A DNA stretch of 64,000 bases from assembly GCA_964454135.1 (NCBI GenBank), contig CAYVQL010000012.1, positions 11 through 64,010 of the forward strand, written 5' to 3'. The number at the start of each line of letters is the position of its first letter. The first letter of the stretch is position 1. The notes under the pieces were generated by a model, which saw nothing but the letters and a program-made list of their open reading frames with translations, was not told the origin of the DNA and did no database searches. Shown piece after piece: positions 9,455-19,524 of the stretch. The stretch is from an uncultured Enterobacterales bacterium (GTDB lineage Bacteria > Myxococcota_A > UBA796 > JAFGLY01). Made by a program: the position numbers and the translations under genes.

Positions 9455-10291
9455 TCACCGGTTCAGAGGTCGGGCTTGCACCACGTGGAGATCGCTCGCG
9501 ATGGCGAACTCGATGTCCTGCGGCGTGCCGAAGAAGCGCTCCACAGCGACGCCAGCGGCCAGCAGCGCGTTGAGCTCGGCCGAGGTCAGCGCGCATTGTC
9601 GGCTCACTGGCCGGCGGCGCAGGGCGCCAGCCTCGACGACCATCGCCTCGCGCTGCGCTCCGGGCGAGAAGGAGCGCTCCTGGGGCCAGGCGCGGTCCAG
9701 CTGGTACTGGGTGGGAGTGAAGGCCCCCGCGACCTGCCCGTCGGCCAATCCCTCGCAGACCTCGATGATCGTTCGGCCGCTCGGAGGGAAGCGGGTGTAC
9801 ATCACCCCCGCTTTGCTGGCCGGTACGAGCTCCTGCACCAGCACGGCCATGGCCTCTCCGCCGAGGTCCAGGCCGAGCCGCTCGGCGTAGAGCCGCGCCG
9901 CATCGCCCGTCAGCGAATGCCAGACCGCCTCGACGGCCTCGACGAAGCCGGCGGCATCCCGGATCCCGAGCAGGGAGACGAATACGCCGGCGAAAGAGGC
10001 TTTGGCCGAGTCTTCGCAAGTGGCGCTGGAGCGCACGGCGAGCGGCGGCCGCAGCTTGTCCAGGGCCTGGAACCAGAGCTCAGTCATGCTCTCCGGAGGG
10101 CGCCCGCGGTGGGGGCTCCCAGCGGCGCCCGCCGGATGGCGCAGCATCCGCTCGTGTTGGACGGGGATGGCGAAGCCTGGCGGGATCTTGGCCACACCCG
10201 CTTGGTGGAGCTGCGCCAGCCTGGCGGCCTTGGCGCCCGCCAGCGCCTGCTCGCGGCAGGTGGGATCGGACAGCTGCAGGATCGGTTGCAT
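9455..10291 (-). CDS. Stand-alone PEP/pyruvate-binding (PPDK_N, ATP-grasp) subunit
   Basis: Likely start ATG 10291 (MQPILQL, TGATG overlap); GAKAARL, PPGF, AVRSSATCEDSAKASFAG, MAVLVQELV, QDIEFA, VQARP. Confidence 0.88.
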   Translation of the reverse strand: MQPILQLSDPTCREQALAGAKAARLAQLHQAGVAKIPPGFAIPVQHERMLRHPAGAAGSPHRGRPPESMTELWFQALDKLRPPLAVRSSATCEDSAKASFAGVFVSLLGIRDAAGFVEAVEAVWHSLTGDAARLYAERLGLDLGGEAMAVLVQELVPASKAGVMYTRFPPSGRTIIEVCEGLADGQVAGAFTPTQYQLDRAWPQERSFSPGAQREAMVVEAGALRRRPVSRQCALTSAELNALLAAGVAVERFFGTPQDIEFAIASDLHVVQARPLNR

Positions 10292-11811
10292 CACGTCGCA
10301 CCTCCCGCGCTCGCGACATCCAGCCTGTTCACCCTTCCGAGCGTGGCGTCCACCTCGACGAGCTCCCCGTCCTCGAGGGCGTCCATCAGTCCCTCGATGC
10401 CGACGATGCAGGGGAGACCGAAGTCGGCGGCCACCTGAGTGGCGTGCTGCGTCAGCCCGTGCTCGCTGGTCAGGATGGCCCTGGCCTTGGCGATGATGGG
10501 CATATAGGCCTCGGTCGTGCGATAGGCTGCGAGGACGAAGCCTTCGCCGGCTCGCGCGATGGCGGCCGAAAGGTCGGAGGCCTTCAGGACCGGACCCATG
10601 ACCTTCCCAGGAGAGGCGACCGTACCCCGCAGCACAGCCAGGTCGCGCATCGATCGCGACTCGCCGAGCTCCTGCTGGATGATCCGCCGCGCCTCGGCGC
10701 CGACCGCGAAGCGCTCCCGACCGCCGGCCAACCAAAGGAACAGCTCCTGGCGCCCCCGCAGCTCGTCTTCCGGGCAGCTTCGGGTCGCGAGCAGATCGCG
10801 GAAGTCCTGGAACAGCATCTGCTCGGTCAAGGCGGGTTCGAAGTCGAAGCGCCGGGCCACTCGCTGGCGGAAGTGGCCGTAGCTCCAGCTCGAACGGGAG
10901 ACCAGCCCGGACTCGTACTCCTTCAGGGCGATCAAGCGGGACAGGAGGTGGCAGTGGGCGCCCAGCTCGTCGTCTGCGGTCAGCTTCGAGCAGAGGTTCC
11001 GCACCTCTTCTCTGAGTTCCTCGTGCACGACGGTGTGCGGGCGTTCCTTCTCCCGCAGCTCTCGCCGCAGCTCGGAGAGCAGGGCCTCCAGGGTCAGCTC
11101 GGGCCCGATCCACTTGTAGGGCAGCCACTTCCAGCTACGCCTGTAGCCCTCGATCCGGCCCATCAGCAGGGGAAAGGATGGCAGCTCTTCCAGGATGGTC
11201 TCGTCGTCTGGCTGCTGGAAGAGCGCGAGGGCGGCCGGATCGGCCTGGATCGCCGTCAGGATCGGGCGCCGTTCCTCACGGGCGCGTTGGGCCCACGAGG
11301 GCTGTCGCGGCAGGGTGAGCCGAGATCGGCACGCAGCGCCCAGTTCGAGCGGCGCGTTCCAGGTGCCCAGGAGCTCTTCGATGCGAGCGTCTATCCGCAG
11401 CTCCAGGCCTGGAGCCAGCAGGATCAGCGGCACGGAGGAGAGGCTCAACGCGTGGTAGGACCGCGCGAAGCGGTCCAGCGAGTTGGTCCAGTCGCCCTCG
11501 GCGGCCTGCCCCAGCCGAGAGGCGGCGCCGTCCAACTGGCGCGCGCGGCGACGGCCGATGCGGTCGAACTCCTCCAGGCGGGTCGGTTCCACCAGCATCG
11601 GCAGGGCCGAGGTGGAGAACGCAGCTACCTCCCCCTCGACGAAGTACTTGCGGGACGTGCCTCGTTCCCAGTAGTGCAGCGCCCCCACCTGGACGCCCCA
11701 TTCCTCCTGGAAATCGACCGAGAGCAGAGGCCTGAACTTCTCGCAGGTCAGGCCTGGCGCGGAGCGCCCGGAGGCGCCTCGATTCTGGAGCCAGAGATAC
11801 CATGATTTCAT
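10291..11811 (-). CDS. Second PEP-utilizing enzyme subunit with phospho-His swivel domain
   Basis: LRGTVASPGKVMG, AILTSEHGLTQHATQVAADFGLPCIVG, GELVEVDATLG. Confidence 0.85.
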   Translation of the reverse strand: MKSWYLWLQNRGASGRSAPGLTCEKFRPLLSVDFQEEWGVQVGALHYWERGTSRKYFVEGEVAAFSTSALPMLVEPTRLEEFDRIGRRRARQLDGAASRLGQAAEGDWTNSLDRFARSYHALSLSSVPLILLAPGLELRIDARIEELLGTWNAPLELGAACRSRLTLPRQPSWAQRAREERRPILTAIQADPAALALFQQPDDETILEELPSFPLLMGRIEGYRRSWKWLPYKWIGPELTLEALLSELRRELREKERPHTVVHEELREEVRNLCSKLTADDELGAHCHLLSRLIALKEYESGLVSRSSWSYGHFRQRVARRFDFEPALTEQMLFQDFRDLLATRSCPEDELRGRQELFLWLAGGRERFAVGAEARRIIQQELGESRSMRDLAVLRGTVASPGKVMGPVLKASDLSAAIARAGEGFVLAAYRTTEAYMPIIAKARAILTSEHGLTQHATQVAADFGLPCIVGIEGLMDALEDGELVEVDATLGRVNRLDVASAGGAT

Positions 11812-12106
11812 GTCGAATTCCTTGTCGGGTCTTGAATCGAGAGAGGACTGTCAGCTGGCCTTCGGAGGCTTGGAGGGGACTGCGTTGGGTCTTCTTCTTC
11901 CAGATACAAGTTGTGTTCAGCGCGTTTTTTCGGTGGCCCCGGTCGGGCGCGGCTGCCTGGGCGTCGCTCTCGGCCCTGTTCAGGGGGCGTCCAGCTGCTC
12001 GAGGAGGAGGGCCCGGGCGAGGGGAGCGATCCGGGAGACCACCTGGGTGCGCTAGGGCAGGTCGTCGTCGCGTAGGCGGTCGCGCTCCGGGAGGCTACGC
12101 TAGCGC

Positions 12107-12892
12107 ATGTCCCTCACCCCGATCACCGCCGTGGCGCTGGCAGTCCTTGTGACGCCCGCAGCCCTTGCGGGCGGCCCGGCGGATGTGGGCGGTTGGATCC
12201 GCTCTGCGGGCGTGCGCCCGGAGGCGCGCGCCCGCATGCAGGCCTGGGCGGACGACGACCAGCGCGTGACCGAGGCCTTTGCCGAGAGCTTTCCCGCCTG
12301 GGTGCAGGGTCGCATCGCCGCGGCGGTGGATCGCCGCCTCCCGGGCGCCGACACAGCCTGCGAGCCCAACATCCAGGTGGGCTTCGTAGAGCCCGACTCC
12401 GTGGCTGAGACCAAGGCGGACCGAGCCTTCGAGCGCAGCACCTTCCAGGTCGAGACCCTGCACTGCCTGGACCACGGCGACGCCGCGCGGGCCATGGCCA
12501 TCTACAACTCCCAGGCCTTCCGGGAGGCTGTGATGCCGGGCCTGGAGCGCTACTGGCGCGAGGACGAGAACGTCTGCCTGGCCACGAGCGCGGTGGTTGG
12601 CATCGTCGGGCGGACCGAGATCTGCCTCGCGTCCCGTGAGTATGGGGGGGAGGGGGTGCGCGCCTTCCACACCCGGCTCGTCGAGAGCGCTGACGCCCCG
12701 GGCGCCCAGGGGGTCTTCTTGCGGGAGAGCGTCGTCGCCTTCGTCGACCGCGCCGAGGGCGGGGTCGCGGTCTTCCGGATCGTCTACACACGCGGAAAGG
12801 ACATGGGCGCGCTGCAGCGCAGCGTCCTCGGTCGCGTGGCGGGCGGCTCCCAGGAAGACATTGCAGAGGCCCTGGAGGAGCAGCTCCGCTGA
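12107..12892 (+). CDS. Hypothetical secreted protein
   Basis: Signal-peptide-like N-terminus (AVALAVLVTPAALA); high-GC3 codon pattern. Confidence 0.75.
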   Translation: MSLTPITAVALAVLVTPAALAGGPADVGGWIRSAGVRPEARARMQAWADDDQRVTEAFAESFPAWVQGRIAAAVDRRLPGADTACEPNIQVGFVEPDSVAETKADRAFERSTFQVETLHCLDHGDAARAMAIYNSQAFREAVMPGLERYWREDENVCLATSAVVGIVGRTEICLASREYGGEGVRAFHTRLVESADAPGAQGVFLRESVVAFVDRAEGGVAVFRIVYTRGKDMGALQRSVLGRVAGGSQEDIAEALEEQLR

Positions 12893-12971
12893 GTCGGGTC
12901 GGAGGTCGATTGCGACGATTGAGGCGACACGCCAGCGGGCGCCCTGCGCGGTCGCTCGTCGCTGTGGCCTG

Positions 12972-13808
12972 CTATCGGTTGTCCGTCAGCCAGTCTTCGG
13001 TCTCTTCGAACATGCTGTCCATCCCCCACAGGGACAGCGCCATGACGTTTTCGGGGTCATCGACGGAGCCCGTGGTCTCGTTCCACAGGCCCAGGTAGCG
13101 GTAGGCCTGCCAGTTGCCATGGGCGCCGGGGAGGAAGACGTCGATGCTGTAGCTCTGCTCGATGGTGTTGTTGCCGTCCTCGCCGACCCCGCGCTCCTCC
13201 AGCCAGGTGCGCGCCAGGATGCCCCAGACCCCGGTGCCGGCCAAGCCGTCCTCGGAGAGCTCCACCCAGCGGTAGTCCTTGATCATCTCGTAGGGGATCT
13301 CCATCAGGAGGTTCTTCTTGACGATGTCGTTGTTGGTGCGCAGGACGAGGCAGTCGCGGGTGGGAAAGCAGGAGGGATCGGTGGGTTCGAGGAAGATGCG
13401 GTCGTACTGGTCAGGGGCGAAGGGCTCGACGGGGGTCTGGTCGTCCAGGACGATGGCCTGGCTGTTCTGCTCGGGGGTGAAGGCCGAGCCAGCCACCAAG
13501 CCGACCCCGTAGCAGTCGCCGGGGTTCGCGCCGTCGGGGGGGGTGACACCCACGAGGTCGTCGGTCGAGAGGTTCTCGATCTGGTAGGAGCGGTCTTTGT
13601 AGTCCACATCGAGTTCCAAGCTGGCGAAGAAGGCCTGCAGGTTGAACATGCCAACCTCGAGCGCCCCCGTTTCCTCGGCCTCCCAGTTGCGGAACAGGTA
13701 GACGGTCAGCTCGTTGAGCTCGGTGGGGGCGTCGGGCGGGGCCTTGCAGCCCGCCACGAACAGACCCAGGCCGGTGAGGAACAGGGGATGCGACTTCGTG
13801 GTGGCCAT
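12972..13808 (-). CDS. Hypothetical lipoprotein
   Basis: Start MATTKSH followed by lipobox FVAGC; acidic globular body. Confidence 0.75.
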   Translation of the reverse strand: MATTKSHPLFLTGLGLFVAGCKAPPDAPTELNELTVYLFRNWEAEETGALEVGMFNLQAFFASLELDVDYKDRSYQIENLSTDDLVGVTPPDGANPGDCYGVGLVAGSAFTPEQNSQAIVLDDQTPVEPFAPDQYDRIFLEPTDPSCFPTRDCLVLRTNNDIVKKNLLMEIPYEMIKDYRWVELSEDGLAGTGVWGILARTWLEERGVGEDGNNTIEQSYSIDVFLPGAHGNWQAYRYLGLWNETTGSVDDPENVMALSLWGMDSMFEETEDWLTDNR

Positions 13809-13938
13809 GACGCCCGGCTTCGGAATGAGGTTTTCGCACCGGATAAGTAGCTGCTGAGGCGTGCGAGCGCGACCGGTGTGGACGAACTGACGGCCAGTCG
13901 CGTCGCTCGCCGGGGCAGCCCGTACGCAGCGCCGGTCC

Positions 13939-15822
13939 TCAGGGCAGAGGAGCGCGCTCCTCGCTGGCGCCATCGTCCACGCCCAGCAGCTCGAACACCC
14001 CCATGGGCTCGGGCAGCCCCTTCAGCGCCACTGTGCGCTGCGGCCCCACCTGCACGCAGTAGGCCACCTTTGAGCAGAGCGCGGCCGAGAGCAGAACCTG
14101 GCTGCCCTCGGTCAGGGCCTCGATGCGCGCTGTGGCGTTGACCACCGTGCCCACCACGCCGTACTTGGCGTGCTCCTGGCTGCCGATGTTTCCGGCCACC
14201 ACCGCACCCGTGTGCAGGCCGATGCCCATGCCCAGCTCGGGCAGGCCGCGCTGGGCGTTCTCTCGGTTGAAGTCTTCCAGCGCCCGCTGCATGGCGAGGG
14301 CGCAGCGCACGGCCCGCTCCGGATCGTCCGGGCGGGTGAAGGGAGCCCCGAAGAGCGCCAGGATGGCGTCGCCGATGAACTCGTTGATGGTGCCGCCGTG
14401 GGCCTGGATGACCGCGGCCATGCGCGCCAGGTAGTCGTTCAGCAGGCTGATCATGCCCTCTGGTCCGAGCCGCTCCGTGAGCGCGGTGAAGCCCCGCAGA
14501 TCGCTCATCAGCACGGTGACGGTCTGCAGGCGACCGCCCAGCTCCAGGGCCTCGGGATCGGCCAGGCAGCGCTCGGCCAGCTCGGGCGTGGTGTAGCGCC
14601 CCAGCACGCCCTGGATGAACTGGCGATCGCGCAGAGCCTGCACCATGTCGGCCAGCGCCAGTGTCAGGGTGCCGATCTCGTCGCTGGAGGCGGCCTCGAA
14701 CTCCACCTCCAGGTCCCCGCGGCGCACGCGGCGCGCCTTGCGGGTCAGCTCCACCAGGGGCCGTGCGATCCAGCGCCCGGTCAGGGCGCCGGCCGCCAGG
14801 GAGACCATCAGCGCCAGGATGCCCAGGACGAGGGCCTGGCGCTGCTGGGCGCGGATGCCCGCCATGAAGTCGGACTCGGGCACCACCACCGCCACCAACC
14901 AGCTGGCGTCTCCGGCCGGGAAAGGGGTGAAGTGCGCCAGGTAGGCCACGCCGCCCTGCTCGAAGCGCGGCTGCGGATCCTCCTCCTGCTGGTAGCGGGC
15001 CAGCGCCCGCTGCAGCACCGCGGGCAGGGGGGCGTCCAGGCTGACCTCGCCCGGGTCCGAGCCCGCCACGAGCAGCCCGGCTTCGCTCAGCACGTAGACT
15101 TCACCGCGCTCGGTGACCTCCAGGCCGCTCAGAAACTCGGACAGACCCTCCAGGAAGAAGTCGATGGTGAAGACTCCCTGCGCCTGGCCGGCGGCGTCCA
15201 TCAGCGGCATGGCGCAGGTGAGCCCGGTCCCTCCGCTGAAGAGAAACTCGTAGGGCTCGGTCCAGGTGGTGCGCCCGGCCGTGGCAGCCTGCTGATACCA
15301 GGGTCGGATCGTGGGGTGGTAGCCGTAGTCATCCGAGCTGCGCACCAGCTCGGAGGAGCCATCGTCCAGCAGGCGGCGCTCACGCATGCGGATGACGCCC
15401 TCTTCGGGCCAGCTGTGGTTGAGCAGGATGTGGCCCCCAGGATCGCGCCAGGCACCCACGAAGTGATTGTCAGCCGACCCGAAGCTGGCCCAAGCCAGCT
15501 GGGGATGGGCGCGTACCACGCTCAGGAAGTAGCGGCCCAGCTGCTCGTCGTCGCCCGGATCGAGCACGCCTTGCTCCACCAACGCGGGGCCCATGGCTGC
15601 CAGCTGTTCGGCTTGCGCGAGAAAGCCGCGCGTGTGGCCCAGGGTCAGCTCGGAGAGCTCCACCATGGCGCGCTCCACCAGGGAGAGCGTGCTGCGACGG
15701 GCGTGCAGGATGGAGAGCCCGCCGATGGCTGCGCTGGCGACGACCAGCAGGCCCGCCAGCACGGTGACCAGGGCCACGGTGAAGGGCGGGCGCCGTCGAA
15801 GGCCGGGCTGGGGCTCAGGCAT
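13939..15822 (-). CDS. Class III adenylate/guanylate cyclase with Cache sensor and HAMP domains
   Basis: TM, RPWY Cache motif, TM, HAMP DEIGTL, VLMSDLRGFT, FIGDAILA, GIGLHTG, VNATARIE. Confidence 0.93.
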   Translation of the reverse strand: MPEPQPGLRRRPPFTVALVTVLAGLLVVASAAIGGLSILHARRSTLSLVERAMVELSELTLGHTRGFLAQAEQLAAMGPALVEQGVLDPGDDEQLGRYFLSVVRAHPQLAWASFGSADNHFVGAWRDPGGHILLNHSWPEEGVIRMRERRLLDDGSSELVRSSDDYGYHPTIRPWYQQAATAGRTTWTEPYEFLFSGGTGLTCAMPLMDAAGQAQGVFTIDFFLEGLSEFLSGLEVTERGEVYVLSEAGLLVAGSDPGEVSLDAPLPAVLQRALARYQQEEDPQPRFEQGGVAYLAHFTPFPAGDASWLVAVVVPESDFMAGIRAQQRQALVLGILALMVSLAAGALTGRWIARPLVELTRKARRVRRGDLEVEFEAASSDEIGTLTLALADMVQALRDRQFIQGVLGRYTTPELAERCLADPEALELGGRLQTVTVLMSDLRGFTALTERLGPEGMISLLNDYLARMAAVIQAHGGTINEFIGDAILALFGAPFTRPDDPERAVRCALAMQRALEDFNRENAQRGLPELGMGIGLHTGAVVAGNIGSQEHAKYGVVGTVVNATARIEALTEGSQVLLSAALCSKVAYCVQVGPQRTVALKGLPEPMGVFELLGVDDGASEERAPLP

Positions 15823-15851
15823 GTTGGAGGCCTTATCAAGCTCGGCTCCAC

Positions 15852-16185
15852 CTACTCCGCCCGCGCCACGAACTGGCCGCCCACGGGCATGGTGCGAGCG
15901 CTGTAGGTCCCGTCCGCGAGCACGTCGTAGAAGTCCTGGGGCATGGACTCCACCTCGGAGTCGTAGCTGACCTGGTCCTGCAGGTGGATGTGCAGGTGGG
16001 GCTCACTGGTGGTAGTCCTGCTGCACGTCGGCGTAGCTGGCGGGCTGGCCGGCCTGCGTGCAGATGTCCGCGGGAGGGGCCGAGTCTGGGACGGCCGAGT
16101 CCTCAGCTTCGCTCGTGCAGGCGGCGAGGACCAGAAGGAGAAGAGACAGCTGGCAGATCGGCTTCGACATCTTCGACCTCGTCAT
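15852..16185 (-). pseudogene. Disrupted lipoprotein, probable M23 peptidase remnant
   Basis: Lipoprotein N-terminus (LLVLAAC) stops at 16003; a shifted frame continues TSEPHLHIHLQD...VARAE* to 15852. Confidence 0.55.
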
Positions 16186-17456
16186 GGCAGGGCGGACCAG
16201 AGGGCTTCGAGGTCCACCACGGCCGGCGCGGTGGTGGGAGCCGGGATCCCGGTCTCCGGAGCCACGAAGACCCTCAGCTCCATGCTGGAACCGTCCATGA
16301 CCACCGAGTGGGCCGTGGCGTCCCACGAGACCTGCTCGATCAGGGCCCGGGCAGCCTCGGCGTCGAGCCCCCCCGAGGCCGCCGCTTCGTCCAGGCCCGC
16401 CTGCAGCGTGGCGATGCGCTGGGTGGAGTCGTTCTCTTTGGGGGGATCGGAGCGCTGCAGGTAGTGGTTGGTGCAGGTGATGGCGTCCCCGGTCACGAGA
16501 TCCGGATCGAAGCCCGGCTGGCGCACGGTGACCTGGCCGTCGGCGTGGTCCGTGGCTCCGTCGAACTCGAAGACCACCGCGGCCGTGCCGTCGTCGTGGC
16601 TCAGGGGGAAGCTGAGGTGCAGGTTGTTGCCCGCCTGCTGGGGGGCGGCCTCCAGCTCGGCCTCGGCCGCAGCCACGACGTCGTCGGCACCCCAGGTGGC
16701 GGTCAGGGCGCTGCGGGCAGCCATCATGCGCGGGTGGATGCCCGTGGACTGGGTGGCAGAGAGCGCCTCCCAGATGTTGTGCATGGTGAGGCCCACACCC
16801 TCCTCGGTGAAGCAGGTGACGCAGCCGACGAGCCCGGGGGTGGTGAGGGAGGCGAAGCGCGCGCCACCTTCCTCGCTCGAGCTGTAGACCTTGAGGATGT
16901 GCATCTCCAGGAAGCGGCCGCCCGGATCGATGGCCCAGTCGAAGTTGCGGCCATGGATCGGTTCCCCCGAGGCGGTGGCCTCCCCCCAGGCCGTGAAGGA
17001 GGAGCAGCCGTAGTCGGCCAGCACGTTGGCAGCCACCAGGTCCTCGAAGATCACCTCCCGCGCACCCTCGGCGTCGGGCTCCAGGTACTCGCTCTCCACC
17101 CAGAGCTGCTCGGGCGTGCAGTGCTCGAGCGCCGCGTCCCACATGGCCCTCAGCTCGCGCTCGTCGCCCTCGGGCAGCTCGATGGCGTTCTCCACCAGCG
17201 CCAGCACCAGGGAGTAGGGCACACCGTAGTCCGCCACCAGGTACTCCAGCACGTAGTCCTTGAGCAGGGCCGGCATCTGGTCGCAGAACAGGGCGCCCTC
17301 GGCGTAGCCCATCTCCTCGCGGGTACCCCAGAGCTCCAGCACGGGCAGCCCGTCCGCCTCGCTCAGGCGGCCGTGCAATCCAGCGTCCGACGGAGCCGTG
17401 TCCTGGTCGTCGCGGGTGGAGCAGCCGAGGATCAAGAGCAGGTAGGCAAGGCGCAT
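16182..17456 (-). CDS. Ntn-hydrolase, peptidase C45 family, lipoprotein
   Basis: GCSSF autoprocessing site, IHGRNFDW, TNHY; lipobox ILGC. Confidence 0.85.
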   Translation of the reverse strand: MRLAYLLLILGCSTRDDQDTAPSDAGLHGRLSEADGLPVLELWGTREEMGYAEGALFCDQMPALLKDYVLEYLVADYGVPYSLVLALVENAIELPEGDERELRAMWDAALEHCTPEQLWVESEYLEPDAEGAREVIFEDLVAANVLADYGCSSFTAWGEATASGEPIHGRNFDWAIDPGGRFLEMHILKVYSSSEEGGARFASLTTPGLVGCVTCFTEEGVGLTMHNIWEALSATQSTGIHPRMMAARSALTATWGADDVVAAAEAELEAAPQQAGNNLHLSFPLSHDDGTAAVVFEFDGATDHADGQVTVRQPGFDPDLVTGDAITCTNHYLQRSDPPKENDSTQRIATLQAGLDEAAASGGLDAEAARALIEQVSWDATAHSVVMDGSSMELRVFVAPETGIPAPTTAPAVVDLEALWSALP

Positions 17457-17532
17457 CGGAATCTCCCCTTTGCGTTCACTCTCAGTCTATCCCGTGCGCA
17501 CGGACGAGATCGGCTGGCGAGACCCGCGCCGG

Positions 17533-17946
17533 TCAGCCAGGCTCGTTGTCCTTCGACTGTTCGGAGCGTTGGCGGTTCAGCAGCAGCGCGACCGCTGGCA
17601 GGACGAGCCAGGGGATGGCGTAGTAGATGGACAGGTACCAGAATCGAGCCAGGAACTGCGCCCCGTGTCCGAGGAAGACTCCGCAGTACAGCCAATCGAA
17701 GAACGCCAGCGGCACGGTGAAATAGAAGGCGTACCAGCCAGCCAGCCTGAGACGTGCCTGCCGTCTCACTCGCCGCAGGACCAGGTGGGCGATGGCGGGA
17801 ATGGGCACCAACACCACGAGGACGAAGACCACCATGAACCTTACGGAGTACTGCTGGTAGTAGGATGGCAATCCACCCAACCAGAAAGCCACCCAGGCCA
17901 GTGTGGCGACGAGAAGCACGCGAAGATGTCCCCGGCTCGTCAGCAC
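17533..17946 (-). CDS. Small membrane protein, about 4 TM helices
   Basis: Hydrophobic 3' part of the 17533..18210 ORF; start estimated at GTG 17946. Confidence 0.65.
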   Translation of the reverse strand: MLTSRGHLRVLLVATLAWVAFWLGGLPSYYQQYSVRFMVVFVLVVLVPIPAIAHLVLRRVRRQARLRLAGWYAFYFTVPLAFFDWLYCGVFLGHGAQFLARFWYLSIYYAIPWLVLPAVALLLNRQRSEQSKDNEPG

Positions 17947-18097
17947 AGCGGCCTCCGGGCTGTCCGCCCGACGGCCCTGACGCCCGAGGTCCCCACAGCT
18001 CGCCCCAGGCGGATCCGCAGGACGGTGTCTCCCGGCTTCACCACCTGGACGACCACGATGAAGCGGCCGAGGATTGCGCCAGGGTGAGACCGTTCTC

Positions 18098-19336
18098 CTA
18101 TGAACACCGCGATCCCCGACGCCGCGCGACGAGGCACAGAGCTGCGAGCCCAGCCAGCAGCAGGCCGCGCGCGCTCCGGCTCGATCCCGTGCAACCGCAG
18201 CCTTCCGCATCGGCCGGCGATCCTGTGTCCACGGGCGCTGGCGTGGTGTCGAAGGAGAAGCTGAACGGCTCGAGCCCGACCCCGTCCCAGGTCGCCAGGC
18301 CCGGGCCCACCGTCACGGTGTGCGCGCTGTCCGGGGTCCAGCCCTCGGTGGGTTTCAGCCCGATCACGTGGGACCCGTAGCAGTAGTGGATGTCGAACGA
18401 CGGCGCCTGCCCATCGGCGTCCTGCACTGCCACGTTGTCGAGCCCCAGGCTGCTGGTGTCCAGGCCGCGGGCCACCACGAAGGAGACCATGGCGTCGATG
18501 CTGTCGACACCGGCAGGCCAGCCGGTCGCACCCGCCGCGGGAAACTGGGCCAGCAGTGGCTCGGCCAGGGAATCTTCGCCCTGCAAGCGCGCCCAGAGCA
18601 CCTCCCAGTAGGCTGCCACTGCCGGCGCCGTGTTGGGCGGGTTGCCGGGTTGCAAGGGGTCCATCTGGTGCTCGCCGGCCCAGGGGTACGCCGCCACATG
18701 CTCCGCCAGCGCGTCATCGTCCTCGCCGGCGCCGCAGATCAGGTGCATGGAGAGCAGCACAAGGGTGTTGGCATCGCTGATGGTGTCGGGGTTCACCTCG
18801 TGACCGGCATGAGAGAGCATCAGCTCGGCCATCAGCTCATCGGGCACCCACGAGTCCGGCGGGTCGGCGCAGCCCGCGGCCCCCACCAGGGCCACGTCGG
18901 TGGAGCCGTCGCGGCCAATGCTCGAGCCCGGCGATCCTTCGTCGTAAACGTCGCTGCGAGCCAGGTAGGCGCAGTCGTAGGTCTGGTCGCAGAGGCCGTG
19001 GGAGGCCATGCCCATCAGGAAGGCGATGTGCTCCCCGGCCTCGTCGGACCACGGGGGGGCGTAGTTCTCCCTGATCCAGTCCAGGTAGGCGCTCTGGAAG
19101 GGCTCCCAGTGTGCGATCTCGCCGTAGCCGTCGTCGATGGCGTAGCCGCCGTCGGGGAAGTTGGCGCCGTTCTGCAGGGGCAGGTCGTGCTGCTCCAGCA
19201 AGCTCTTCAGCTCGCCCTCTGGCAGCGCGTCGCGGGCCCACAGGGTGACCCAGAGGTGGGACTCGTTGCCGTTGGCCGCGGCGGAGGCCGGAGCCAGCAG
19301 GGCGAGGGCGAGGCCGAGGGCGCGAGGAAGCTGCAC
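18098..19336 (-). CDS. Zn-dependent phospholipase C-like secreted protein with Ig-like domain and MYXO-CTERM-like tail
   Basis: N-terminal SH, GANFPD, AHW, GMASHGLCD metal-ligand pattern; C-terminal GCGC...LLLAGLAALCLVARRR. Confidence 0.7.
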   Translation of the reverse strand: MQLPRALGLALALLAPASAAANGNESHLWVTLWARDALPEGELKSLLEQHDLPLQNGANFPDGGYAIDDGYGEIAHWEPFQSAYLDWIRENYAPPWSDEAGEHIAFLMGMASHGLCDQTYDCAYLARSDVYDEGSPGSSIGRDGSTDVALVGAAGCADPPDSWVPDELMAELMLSHAGHEVNPDTISDANTLVLLSMHLICGAGEDDDALAEHVAAYPWAGEHQMDPLQPGNPPNTAPAVAAYWEVLWARLQGEDSLAEPLLAQFPAAGATGWPAGVDSIDAMVSFVVARGLDTSSLGLDNVAVQDADGQAPSFDIHYCYGSHVIGLKPTEGWTPDSAHTVTVGPGLATWDGVGLEPFSFSFDTTPAPVDTGSPADAEGCGCTGSSRSARGLLLAGLAALCLVARRRGSRCS

Positions 19337-19524
19337 GTCGGATTCCTAGCCTGCAGCGGTCCGGCGGTCCGCCTGCCACGCTCTTGGCCACGCAGCGAGC
19401 CCCTGGCCGCTTCTCCCCATCCAGCCGCCCCTGGCGCCGCGCGCGAAGCGGCGCATCCCTCCCGGGAGCGGGACGATATGGTGGAGAAACAGCGAACGCA
19501 CCCGCTCCTTGCTGGAGGAAAGCC

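Noticed and set aside
9455-11128. 557-aa ORF as given in the track
   Set aside because: The first half overlaps the 506-aa gene out of frame; only the part from ATG 10291 has domain motifs
11812-12106. Precursor peptide or riboswitch upstream of the PEP-utilizer operon
   Set aside because: No credible small ORF with RBS and no recognisable aptamer found
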